From Bacteroidia bacterium (GTDB lineage Bacteria; Bacteroidota; Bacteroidia; Bacteroidales; VadinHA17): a DNA stretch of 30,031 bases. This document shows, in pieces, positions 10,936 through 19,487 of the stretch. Within the stretch, counting starts at the first letter, position 1, and each line of letters opens with the position of its first letter. The stretch spans positions 1-30,031 of the forward strand of contig JAPLDX010000096.1 of NCBI GenBank assembly GCA_026391215.1, in the 5' to 3' direction. A program made the position numbers and the translations under genes. The notes beneath the pieces were generated by a model that was given only the letters and a program-made list of their open reading frames with translations, was not told the DNA's origin and searched no databases.

Positions 10936-11737
10936 AATCTCTTATAATACAGATCTTTTGTGCACAATATTCAAACAGGTGGAAGCCTCCTCCGGCCTCA
11001 CTTATAACATCAAATAATATATCAGGTTTTGTAATCCGGGTAGCTCCAATAATATTTACCTTGTTTGCAAACAGAATATCCGGAATGACACTACCTGAGG
11101 GTCCTACGACTATAACGACAGCTTTATCAGGGATGGCAGCCAGTAAGTTGTCAATAGTATTATTTACCAGTGTTAAGCCTGTTATAATAATGATGTCAGA
11201 ATCAGGGAACACCTTCCTGTAATCATCAGCGGGAACATAGAATTGTTTTTGATCTTCGCCAAGGGCATTCTCATTCAGCTCAAGAACAAAAAGCTTGTTG
11301 TTGGTTTCAGAAATTCTGCTGATATATGACTGAAATGCGCCGACGATAGTAATAGTTTTCTTTTTGTCCAGATCCAAAAGATCAATCGGGTCACTGTTTT
11401 CCAGAATTTTATAATTACCGGATGAAATGATTTTGGATGAAATTGCATTCAGACAGGCAATTTTTAAAGTAGTTATCGTACCGGATTTTTTTTCTGTTTC
11501 AAACAGGCTATAGACTCTTTGTCCTCTGATTTTTAGCGGCGTAAAGTCGCCGTAATCCCGCATGGGTTTTTTACAATACTGATGATTATCAGTATAAGTG
11601 GATGATACCCCGCAGCTGCCGTCAGAAAGCCTTACGGCAGTCATGGAGATTCCTATCCTGACATCAGCAATTGTAAGATTTTCTATCCTGTCCCCATACC
11701 AGCTGTTAAGCAAATTTAAAGTCTGCTCAATGATCAT
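10916..11737 (-). CDS. DUF364/DUF4213 family protein (Rossmann-like, putative metal or cofactor binding)
   Basis: Motifs DVRIG..TAV, ACLNA, VGAF, LELN, ITGLTLVNNTIDNLL and VGPS. It overlaps the downstream NTPase-fusion gene by 20 bp. Confidence 0.85.
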   Translation of the reverse strand: MIIEQTLNLLNSWYGDRIENLTIADVRIGISMTAVRLSDGSCGVSSTYTDNHQYCKKPMRDYGDFTPLKIRGQRVYSLFETEKKSGTITTLKIACLNAISSKIISSGNYKILENSDPIDLLDLDKKKTITIVGAFQSYISRISETNNKLFVLELNENALGEDQKQFYVPADDYRKVFPDSDIIIITGLTLVNNTIDNLLAAIPDKAVVIVVGPSGSVIPDILFANKVNIIGATRITKPDILFDVISEAGGGFHLFEYCAQKICIIRDYEAGTK

Positions 11738-11844
11738 AAATCTCCCTATAAATCATATGCTAAATAAATAAATGGATTTTTTCTTTTATCTGCTTTAAAT
11801 CATACCTTTTTTAATTCCAGCCTGACATAAAATTATCCCTTCTT

Positions 11845-12219
11845 TCACCTACCTGCTTTTGCCTTTTCAAGATTCTCTTTAATCCTGAATTTTACAATTT
11901 TAGATATGAGGCTAAGCGGGAGAGGTTTATCAGACAGAAACTGGATTGAACCTTTTCCGGTCTTATAACCTGCCAGCTCTTTTTGAAATGCCTTGATCCC
12001 TGATGATGTCGGGTAAAAACCAATGTGATTAGTCTGCGCCGCAAAATATACCAGAATACCTTTCAGCGTGAAAGCGGGCATCTGATAGCTGATCTTTTCT
12101 TCGGCATCAGGTGCAGCTTTTTTTATTGTGGTTCTGATCTCCCTAAGCTTAATTTGAATATGATCTGGAAATTGTGCTATGTACTCGTCAACATTATCTG
12201 GAGTTCTTGTTGCTCTCAT
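11845..12219 (-). CDS. DUF1801 (YdhG-like) protein
   Basis: VDEYI...APDAEEKISYQMPAF...HIGFYP...KGSIQF...LP. Confidence 0.9.
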   Translation of the reverse strand: MRATRTPDNVDEYIAQFPDHIQIKLREIRTTIKKAAPDAEEKISYQMPAFTLKGILVYFAAQTNHIGFYPTSSGIKAFQKELAGYKTGKGSIQFLSDKPLPLSLISKIVKFRIKENLEKAKAGR

Positions 12220-12258
12220 GAATATTTCTAATTTAATTCAAACTTACATTTCAGACAG

Positions 12259-12744
12259 CTAACTCTGTGGACGCATAAAACTGATCCGGATTATTGCCAA
12301 TCCAAGCTGAGAGCTCAGGGTATTAAGTTCTTTCACGCAAGATTGGTATGAATTACATTTTATTACAGGCATAATTTGCTTATTGTCAGAGCTATATAAA
12401 TAGATCCTGATATCTTTATAGTGAATACTGACTGGCTGGGTACCCCGGATATATCCCATAAATCCTCTGTGATGTTGTTCTAATCCTAATTTCATGTCAG
12501 GCTTTATATCAATCCATTTACCGACAGGGATGATCCCGAAGAAGTTGTCGGAGAACTTGATCTTCTTATTGTCGCTGTCAATGATGGAGCTGGTCGTAGA
12601 AAAAGAAGCGAAAGCTCCAACGACAGCTATAACCAGGCCAAACCAGGAATAAAATGTTGCTATTAGTCCTCCCAGGAAAATAAAGAAGCCAGTAGAAGAT
12701 CCGAAAGGGCCAAATGTTTTATCTAATTTGTTCTTAATTATCAA
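12259..12744 (-). CDS. Hypothetical protein with 2 N-terminal TM helices
   Basis: 161-aa ORF whose TTG start overlaps the purC TGA stop, with two hydrophobic segments. Confidence 0.7.
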   Translation of the reverse strand: MIIKNKLDKTFGPFGSSTGFFIFLGGLIATFYSWFGLVIAVVGAFASFSTTSSIIDSDNKKIKFSDNFFGIIPVGKWIDIKPDMKLGLEQHHRGFMGYIRGTQPVSIHYKDIRIYLYSSDNKQIMPVIKCNSYQSCVKELNTLSSQLGLAIIRISFMRPQS

Positions 12745-13574
12745 AGGAAGATATTTACAAAATCAGCGGCCGAAACCTGGTTTCTGTTTTTAATCGTTTT
12801 CTTGCCGTCAGCGAATTTAGTTACCGTACATTGTTTATAGAGGTCGCAGTCGCCATTCTTATCAGGATAATATCCCTTGCATACGCGCAATACATCAGGG
12901 GAAATTTCGTCAATAAGGACAATTTTCCCGTCCCCGTATTTCAGCCTGCCTAATTCGAACTTGCCATCAATTACATGGAGATTCTTTGATGTAAACTCGT
13001 TGGAAACGATTTCGGCAATGTTCTTTACCAGCTCTACGCTCTGCGCTATTTCATCTTTACTCATGGCTCCTGTTGCTTCCAGTGCTTCCATGGTAATTAG
13101 GATGTCACTATCTCCCTTTGTCCATACTTCAACCACTTTGTGAAGATTCTTGCAGGGTTTCACAAAAGGGTATCTTCTCCAGAAACTGCCAGTTGCGTTA
13201 TTCCTCCAGGTAAATTCAAGATTCGACAGTGGTGCGGAGCCTGGAAATTCGGGTGATTCCACTGCCATGGACAGAGGTATGGCAGGTTCCACAATCATCT
13301 CATTATCCTTGATCGTATCGATGTAATGAGATGGAATACCCTTCTCTTTCAACAGTTTAAAGAAATGTGTGGCAAACCTGCAGGCAACAGCACCCTTACC
13401 GGGTATATCGCCTACAACGGTATCGTATCCGGGATCAAAGACAATTTTCCCGTTTTCAATATAGCCAGTCGCTCTGTCTGTAAAGACAAACCGGTACTTT
13501 CCAGCATAAGCTCCTTCTGTTATGTTAAATACATCTTTCGATTTTCCGCGATATACAAGATTCTTTTCTGCCAT
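12741..13574 (-). CDS. purC: SAICAR synthetase (PurC), divergent; start placed at MAEKN
   Basis: Motifs YRGKSKDVF, FTDRATG, GKG, IPSHYI, E..WRNNATGS..RRY, DGKFELG and DEISPD..R. The 18 extra upstream residues in the ORF track overlap a pseudogene remnant. Confidence 0.85.
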   Translation of the reverse strand: MAEKNLVYRGKSKDVFNITEGAYAGKYRFVFTDRATGYIENGKIVFDPGYDTVVGDIPGKGAVACRFATHFFKLLKEKGIPSHYIDTIKDNEMIVEPAIPLSMAVESPEFPGSAPLSNLEFTWRNNATGSFWRRYPFVKPCKNLHKVVEVWTKGDSDILITMEALEATGAMSKDEIAQSVELVKNIAEIVSNEFTSKNLHVIDGKFELGRLKYGDGKIVLIDEISPDVLRVCKGYYPDKNGDCDLYKQCTVTKFADGKKTIKNRNQVSAADFVNIFL

Positions 13575-13617
13575 ATGTATTATAGTTTTAATTATATGTA
13601 AATATAAGCTTCCCTCT

Positions 13618-13752
13618 CCATCCTGCAAACATTTTTGCTGCCCGGTTATCCTATTTATCGTATCCTTTATTGAATAACAGGAATAAAGCTACAGCGCAGA
13701 ATGCTCCGACAAACACATTTCTCATCCCGATGTGGTAATAAAGACTGATAGA
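13618..13752 (-). pseudogene. Internal fragment of a DUF998-like membrane protein gene
   Basis: The minus strand reads SISLYYHIGMRNVFVGAFCAVALFLLFNKGYDK*DNRAAKMFAG, resembling the remembered SISxYYxxxMRxxFVGxLCAxxxFLxxYxGYDxxDN family motif. It has an in-frame TAG at 13651-13653 and no start. Confidence 0.65.
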
Positions 13753-13763
13753 TTTTGTTACAG

Positions 13764-14129
13764 TCAGTTGTTTTCATTTTTGCGTACTTCTTCTAATCTG
13801 TTTTGAGCATCAGGATCTATAGCAAAGTGCTTCTTAAGGTTATCACATGCATAATCACTGCAATATGCGCAATTTGTCATGTTTTTCAGGATAGCACATT
13901 TTCTGATCTCACAATCGGCGCATCCTGTGAACAATCTTCCCTTACTGACTTTGCATCCATCGCAGTCAGTAATTATCTCAGGCTTGGGTGTTGTTCCATA
14001 GATTTTAGAAAGTTCTTCAGCAATCATAACTCTCATTTCAACCTGTTTAGTAATATTTGTTTCAAGTGTTGCCAGGTGAATAGGGCAACTGTCACATACC
14101 AGACCGCAATATGCTAATATTGTATTCAT
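13764..14129 (-). CDS. DUF3795 family Cys-rich protein
   Basis: AYCGLVCDSCP...CDGC...CADCEIRKCA...CAYCSDYAC. Confidence 0.88.
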   Translation of the reverse strand: MNTILAYCGLVCDSCPIHLATLETNITKQVEMRVMIAEELSKIYGTTPKPEIITDCDGCKVSKGRLFTGCADCEIRKCAILKNMTNCAYCSDYACDNLKKHFAIDPDAQNRLEEVRKNENN

Positions 14130-14222
14130 AATTTCAATCTAAACCTTCAAGTAAAATAGTATCACACTTTGCTGAATTAAGCCTGTGTTTCAATATTATT
14201 TCTTATTTAAGTTTCCTGGTTT

Positions 14223-14389
14223 TTAGTTTGCTGCCTTGCCCAATACAAAAATCATCCACTGTGCAAAGAAATTATTTTCGGCAGATCTCTGTACGCCTGA
14301 TAATATGTATTTGGGGATTCCAGCTTAGAATAGGAATAAGCACGTGCCAGATTGCTATAGGTGTTTTCAAATCGTAAAGCAGAAGTCAT
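14223..14389 (-). pseudogene. Internally deleted class I SAM-dependent methyltransferase gene
   Basis: ATG at 14389 gives MTSALRFENTYSNLARAYSYSKLESPNTYYQAYRDLPKIISLHSG*, resembling the N-terminus 'YSKLEFPxTYYLAYRDLPxII' of a methyltransferase family. It is joined out of frame to WMIFVLGKAAN*, resembling that family's C-terminus 'PWxIYVL'. Confidence 0.6.
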
Positions 14390-14419
14390 CTGGCAACAGG
14401 AGAATTATCAGTGTTATAA

Positions 14420-15487
14420 TTAGTACTTATTTTTCTTCATATCTTTCTTATAGTTTTTGATCATCTTCCCAAATTCCCTGTCTTTTTTATGTTTTTCAGC
14501 AACAGTAGTCTGGAATCTCCGTTGTTCTTTCTGCAGTCTTTTAAAATTGTCAAGTGAATCAATATCTATTGTTCCCTTATTCAGAGCTTCCATTACAGCG
14601 CAACCTTTTTCATTAATGTGCTGGCAATCCGGAAATTTGCATTTTAATGATAAGCTGTATATCTCCTGAAATGTTGTTTTGATGCCTTCAATATTATCAG
14701 TTATACCAAGCTCTCTCATTCCCGGAGTATCAATTATGATTCCGCCATTTTCCAGGATAAACAGCTCCCTGTGATCCGTTATATGCCGTCCCTTGTTTGT
14801 ACTTGTACTAATATGTCCGGTTTTCAGAATATCCTTTTTCAATAAGTTATTTATAAGGGTTGATTTTCCTACTCCGGAAGATCCTACGACACAATATGTT
14901 TTGCCTTTCTGGAGAGCGTCAAGGATTTGATCAAGTCCTTGTCCTGTCACGTTGCTTAGAAGAATATATTTTATTTCTTTTTCCCTTGTTTTAAGTTTTT
15001 TTATAGAGTCATTAATGATGTTTTCGGTGGAAAGGTCAATCTTGCTTATAACTAAAACAGGTTCAATGTTAGCTGAATAACAGATAGATAAATATCTTTC
15101 CAATCTGTTGATGCTGAAATTATTATCGATAGATTGGATAATAAAAGCAACATCAATATTTGTTGAGATTATCTGTTTTTCTCCATATTGTCCGACAGAT
15201 TGCCGTTCAAGTATTGACTTGCGGGGCAGAATTTTATGAATAATTGCAAAATCTGAATCATACTTTGTAATGTTGACCCAGTCTCCAACAGCAGGGAAGT
15301 CGGCTCTTGAGAGGGCAGAAAATCTTAGATTTCCTGTTATTTCTGCCTCAAGTTCTTTATCACCTGTTGAAACGATATATCTCTCACGATGTTCCTGGAT
15401 TATTCTTCCAAGTGAGAACTCTGACAGGTTGTTTTCCTTCAGATAGGTTATTATATCGTCAGTAAGTCCTAAATCTTTTAATGTCAT
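14420..15487 (-). CDS. rsgA: Ribosome small subunit-dependent GTPase A
   Basis: PAVGDWV, SKIDL, GSSGVGKSTLIN, GRHIT, DTPGMRE and the zinc finger CKFPDCQHINEKGC. Confidence 0.95.
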   Translation of the reverse strand: MTLKDLGLTDDIITYLKENNLSEFSLGRIIQEHRERYIVSTGDKELEAEITGNLRFSALSRADFPAVGDWVNITKYDSDFAIIHKILPRKSILERQSVGQYGEKQIISTNIDVAFIIQSIDNNFSINRLERYLSICYSANIEPVLVISKIDLSTENIINDSIKKLKTREKEIKYILLSNVTGQGLDQILDALQKGKTYCVVGSSGVGKSTLINNLLKKDILKTGHISTSTNKGRHITDHRELFILENGGIIIDTPGMRELGITDNIEGIKTTFQEIYSLSLKCKFPDCQHINEKGCAVMEALNKGTIDIDSLDNFKRLQKEQRRFQTTVAEKHKKDREFGKMIKNYKKDMKKNKY

Positions 15488-15538
15488 GATTGTTAAGCAG
15501 TAAGATTTCTTTTTCGATTAAACTAGGTGTAAATCTAT

Positions 15539-16117
15539 TCAGGATCTTGCCAGTTTAATAACTTGTTTAACGAAAGCAGTTTTCCCTTCAGTATATTTTT
15601 CTCTGTCATTTTCATATTTAATTGCCAGTTTCATTTTCAGAGCTGCATATTCAATAGCTGTTTTAGCGTTGGCAATCAAATAGTCGCGGAACACGATTTC
15701 ATCCCAGTCACCGGAATACCTCACATGAATGTGAAATTTCTGCTCAGAATTATCAGTTCTTGAATATCCTTTGGCTAGCATGATGTGAGGCGGGGGATTT
15801 TCGGGTTTTGGAATATACTGATATTTAATCTTATGCAGATTGCTTAAAAGTGAATCAAGGTCTGTTTCATTCTTGATCTCAATTAAGATGTCAATTATTG
15901 GCTTTGCGCAAATCCCGGGCATAGCAGTACTTCCGATATGTTCTATTCGTAAAATTGTGTCTGTTCCTGATGCTTGAAGAATATTATGTTGTTCTACAAG
16001 AAATCTTTCTCTCCAAACAGGATTATGGTCAACCAGTTTAATTGGAAACAGTTTTCCAAGTTCTCCAACAGTCAATTTGTTAAAATCTTCACCACTAACT
16101 TTAGGATCGAAGTTCAT
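15539..16117 (-). CDS. GrpB/UPF0157 family nucleotidyltransferase-fold protein
   Basis: EHIGSTAMPGICAKPIIDI, HIHV, FRDYL, Y..LK and YTEGK. Confidence 0.9.
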   Translation of the reverse strand: MNFDPKVSGEDFNKLTVGELGKLFPIKLVDHNPVWRERFLVEQHNILQASGTDTILRIEHIGSTAMPGICAKPIIDILIEIKNETDLDSLLSNLHKIKYQYIPKPENPPPHIMLAKGYSRTDNSEQKFHIHVRYSGDWDEIVFRDYLIANAKTAIEYAALKMKLAIKYENDREKYTEGKTAFVKQVIKLARS

Positions 16118-16130
16118 GATATCTCTTAGA

Positions 16131-17351
16131 CTATAATAATGGTGCTAATCCAAATTCTATGGTTTTTAAACTATCTGCTCTTATAACGACAAATTTTGCC
16201 TGATCTGTTTTCTTAAAGAAGGCTTCCTGGGTTTCATACGGTATTTCTTCAACAGGAGTATTATTAACTGAAATAATTTTATCATCTATTCTTAATCCTT
16301 GCTTTTCAGCAGCGCTATTTTCAGTTAAACTCGCTACTATCCATCCTCCCATAGTTTTACACCTATCTACATAAGAAAATCCAAGTCTGTCAAAAATATA
16401 TGGTTCATTAAATTTTTTGTTTGGCTTTAAATAAAGATTACTGTTTCTGAAATCAAATATTATATCAAAGCGATCCAGGATATTACTTCCCAGTATTCCC
16501 GAATATCCTTCACTTGCCAGTACCCCGGACCAATCTGCACTATATGACATATTAACATTTTCCAGACGATAATCAGAAATCTGCACAGAATCAGCTATAA
16601 AATCATAACCCGATGATTCACCGCCAACTCCGCCATACTTGGTATAATAACGGACTTTGCGTTCAATTTTGTCAGTCAAATTATATGTTTTTGCGACATA
16701 ACTTGTAAAAGTACTGAACGGAGTCCCTGTATCAATATGAAAATTTCCTGTAATTGTTGTTGAATCATTGATTTTTACAATAAGCGGGACATAAAAGTTA
16801 TGACCATGTTTCCCCATCGGAACAATTTGATAATCAGAAATATCGGTAGAATCAATAGTTTTAAAGATGTTAATATATTCTTTTGCATAGTTAATTTCCA
16901 GAACACTTTGCAGAAAATATCTTGTTCCGATCAGTCCGTCAATATAATCACCGCCTACTGGTTTTAGCTTAAGAACTGGCACAAGGGATGTTCGATAGAT
17001 GAAATTTCCAAAAGTAAAACTGACACTATCTTTAATTATAGTAATTTTTTGAAATGCATTTCCTATTCCATATATTTTGGTTTGGTAAGAATTATTATAT
17101 TTGAAGTTATTGGTATTATGAAAGATACTATCAATATATAGATTATCGCCACCTGTATCAAGTAAAAAATTTCCCTGAACACTATCAACATTCCCTTTTA
17201 TATATATATAATCGACATATACGATAGGAACAGCATTTTTGGGCAAGGCAATACTATCAGCAATAGAATCATCTTTACCTTCTTTACCAGATAGATTCTT
17301 GCATCCTGATAACAATATAATTGCAACTCCTATGATAATTATTTGTCTCAT
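16131..17351 (-). CDS. Lipoprotein with two aspartyl-protease domains and a C-terminal PDZ domain; start placed at MRQII
   Basis: Lipobox LLSGC, LLDTG...GLIG, HIDTG...GILG, and PDZ motif SAAEKQGLRIDDKIISVN. Confidence 0.85.
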   Translation of the reverse strand: MRQIIIIGVAIILLSGCKNLSGKEGKDDSIADSIALPKNAVPIVYVDYIYIKGNVDSVQGNFLLDTGGDNLYIDSIFHNTNNFKYNNSYQTKIYGIGNAFQKITIIKDSVSFTFGNFIYRTSLVPVLKLKPVGGDYIDGLIGTRYFLQSVLEINYAKEYINIFKTIDSTDISDYQIVPMGKHGHNFYVPLIVKINDSTTITGNFHIDTGTPFSTFTSYVAKTYNLTDKIERKVRYYTKYGGVGGESSGYDFIADSVQISDYRLENVNMSYSADWSGVLASEGYSGILGSNILDRFDIIFDFRNSNLYLKPNKKFNEPYIFDRLGFSYVDRCKTMGGWIVASLTENSAAEKQGLRIDDKIISVNNTPVEEIPYETQEAFFKKTDQAKFVVIRADSLKTIEFGLAPLL

Positions 17352-17452
17352 TTTTGACTTGTGCAGATGTAACAAATTCTGAACTGATCCATTATCACGA
17401 TGAAGAATTCGGATTTGAGATGCTAAAGATAGAAAATCTTATAATTGCTATT

Positions 17453-18022
17453 TTAATATAGCATAGGAATCAGTCTCTTAGTTCGTTTTTGATAATCAAT
17501 ATATTTTTGTCCTATCTGCTCAATCATAAATTTTTCCTCAACGTTCATACGAATGAGATATCCTGATAAAACCGGAATCATCATAAGTAAAACAGCCAGC
17601 CAGTTTGATAATGAGGTAGAAATCCCGAGAAAAATAATCAGTTGTCCCAAATATCCAGGGTGCCTAATGTTTTTATATAATCCTGTCTCAATTAACTCAT
17701 GATTTTCAATCTTAGTCACGGAATATGTGAATTGTTGTTTAAGAGTCAAAATAGAGGTAACTCTTATAATTAACCCGATAATTTCCAGGATTGATCCAAT
17801 AACAAAAAAAGTGTTCCAATGATAAATCCTTCCTATTCTGGTTGAAGCTATAAGAAAAGAGAGCCAATAGCCTATCGATATTGAAACAATAAGCGCCCAA
17901 ATACTCCCTTTGTCTCCGGATTTCGAGATATTCCTTTTATTTCGCAGTCTTCTGCTCATGAATATCTCAAATAATCCATAGAGAATTGAAAAGGCAATAA
18001 TCAGAATCAATTTTATATTCAT
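17453..18022 (-). CDS. Isoprenylcysteine carboxylmethyltransferase (ICMT/Ste14) family membrane protein
   Basis: HELIETGLYKNIRHPGYLG, EE and Y..Y..RTKRLIP. Confidence 0.9.
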   Translation of the reverse strand: MNIKLILIIAFSILYGLFEIFMSRRLRNKRNISKSGDKGSIWALIVSISIGYWLSFLIASTRIGRIYHWNTFFVIGSILEIIGLIIRVTSILTLKQQFTYSVTKIENHELIETGLYKNIRHPGYLGQLIIFLGISTSLSNWLAVLLMMIPVLSGYLIRMNVEEKFMIEQIGQKYIDYQKRTKRLIPMLY

Positions 18023-18046
18023 GTTTGCAATGTCTATTTAAAAATA

Positions 18047-18730
18047 TTAACGAGGCATTACAACTATCTCTTCTTTTACTACTACAGTTCTCGTAATACC
18101 GATTGCATTTATGTCAACTACAGTCATAACTTCATTATTTAAATTATCTGAAGCTATTTGGTCCTGTTTGGATCCCTCTGTATCACCCAGGATTTCTTTG
18201 ACTTGGGATCGTGATTCGAATAATTCAAAGTCATATTGATTATCCTTTATTGCATTATTAAGAAGCTTAAGCGCTTTTTCAAACTTCTGTTTTTTAATAT
18301 ACACAGAAGTTTTACTCTTATTATCAGGTGGTTGAGTATTTATGTAAATCCTGAACCTGATTATTATAAAATATTTCTTGTCAACTGGTCTGTCGTTTAT
18401 TCTGGAAGGACTCCATTGTTCATACAATCGATCAAATGCAACAATTGTGCTGGTTGAAAATGAGAAATCAGGTGATTTTAAAATAGTCAAGCTATCCAAT
18501 TTGCCATTTTTAGTAATGGTGAATGATAAAACTACGTCACCTTGAATATTACTCCTCATAGCCTCATTGGGATATGCAACATTTTTAGAAAGGAATTTAG
18601 TCAGATCCTCTTTCAGGTATTTTGCTTTTTCAACAGTTTGAATTGAATCAGGTTTTTGAGTCGTCTGACTAATGACAATCGTATTAAATGTCAATAATAA
18701 AACAGCAAACAGAATTGCAGTTTTTTTCAT
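18047..18730 (-). CDS. TonB C-terminal domain protein with a TPR-like tail
   Basis: Signal peptide, YPNEAMRSNIQGDVVLSFTITKNG...WSP, and a helical repeat 'FEKALKLLNNAIK...SR'. Confidence 0.8.
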   Translation of the reverse strand: MKKTAILFAVLLLTFNTIVISQTTQKPDSIQTVEKAKYLKEDLTKFLSKNVAYPNEAMRSNIQGDVVLSFTITKNGKLDSLTILKSPDFSFSTSTIVAFDRLYEQWSPSRINDRPVDKKYFIIIRFRIYINTQPPDNKSKTSVYIKKQKFEKALKLLNNAIKDNQYDFELFESRSQVKEILGDTEGSKQDQIASDNLNNEVMTVVDINAIGITRTVVVKEEIVVMPR

Positions 18731-19377
18731 TTCAGTGCATTTTTAACGAAGCTGCCCAGCTTTTCTTTATCCAGCAAGCCATTGGTTCTGACGCCGCTGC
18801 AAACATCTATTGCAAAGGGTTGTACTTCTTCAATTGCCTGTCTGACGTTTTCGGGTTTCAAACCACCGGCAAGAATAACCGGGCATTTTGAATTATCCCT
18901 TATCTGTCTGCTGAGAGTCCAGTCATGGACTCTGCCAGTTCCTCCCAACTCTTTTATTTTCAGATTGGGATTCCCACTATCAAGCAATAATGCATCAACG
19001 CTTTCCGAGAGTTTAATAGCCAGGTCAACGGACCCTGAATCCATTACATGAATTACCTGAACAATTTTGACATATGGTAAAGCTTCTTTGATTTGAGAAT
19101 AGGTTCCATGTGAAAGCAGATCAACAATTTGAATTGTATTGGTTCCGGTTCTGTAATGATGTTTAATGATTTCCCCGGCAGATGTTTCACTTGTCAGCAG
19201 GAAGGTCCCGATAAGCGGGGGAACCGATTTTGAGATTAGTTTTATTAATTCGTCAGGGATCGGTCCGGGACCGCTTGGCATTTTTGCGACAAGTCCGATT
19301 GCATCAGCACCAAATTGAATAGCAGTTTTTGCCTCTTCAATACTTTTGATACAACATATTTTAATACGAATTCTCAT
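18727..19377 (-). CDS. trpF: Phosphoribosylanthranilate isomerase (orphan copy)
   Basis: IKICCI, GADAIGL, LLLDS, GGTGRVHDW, LAGGLKPENV and DVCSGV. Confidence 0.88.
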   Translation of the reverse strand: MRIRIKICCIKSIEEAKTAIQFGADAIGLVAKMPSGPGPIPDELIKLISKSVPPLIGTFLLTSETSAGEIIKHHYRTGTNTIQIVDLLSHGTYSQIKEALPYVKIVQVIHVMDSGSVDLAIKLSESVDALLLDSGNPNLKIKELGGTGRVHDWTLSRQIRDNSKCPVILAGGLKPENVRQAIEEVQPFAIDVCSGVRTNGLLDKEKLGSFVKNALK

Positions 19378-19486
19378 TCAGTTCCAATATAAACCGTGGA
19401 ATAAGGATAATAAGTATTAAGAAAAGTCCAAATTTCCAGTTATAATTAAAAAACCTGTTCCAAAAAGGTCTTAATTCATTTTCCAT
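19361..19486 (-). pseudogene. Truncated N-terminal remnant of a membrane protein, probably a CPBP/Abi intramembrane protease
   Basis: 41-aa ORF MENELRPFWNRFFNYNWKFGLFLILIILIPRFILELNENSY*, starting 1 bp after the upstream stop and running into the trpF start. It resembles remembered N-termini of Bacteroidota CPBP proteins. Confidence 0.5.
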
Positions 19487-19487
19487 A

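Noticed and set aside
11738-11844. Cobalamin or Moco riboswitch upstream of DUF364
   Set aside because: Only about 105 bp, very AT-rich, with no B12-box or GC-rich stems.
13651-13653. TAG read-through (pyrrolysine or recoding) in the DUF998-like fragment
   Set aside because: The fragment lacks a start and both ends, other genes in the window terminate normally at TAG, and no pyl genes are present.
13575-13763. ZMP/ZTP or purine riboswitch upstream of purC
   Set aside because: I could not find the conserved riboswitch elements. The region translates as a membrane-protein gene remnant instead.
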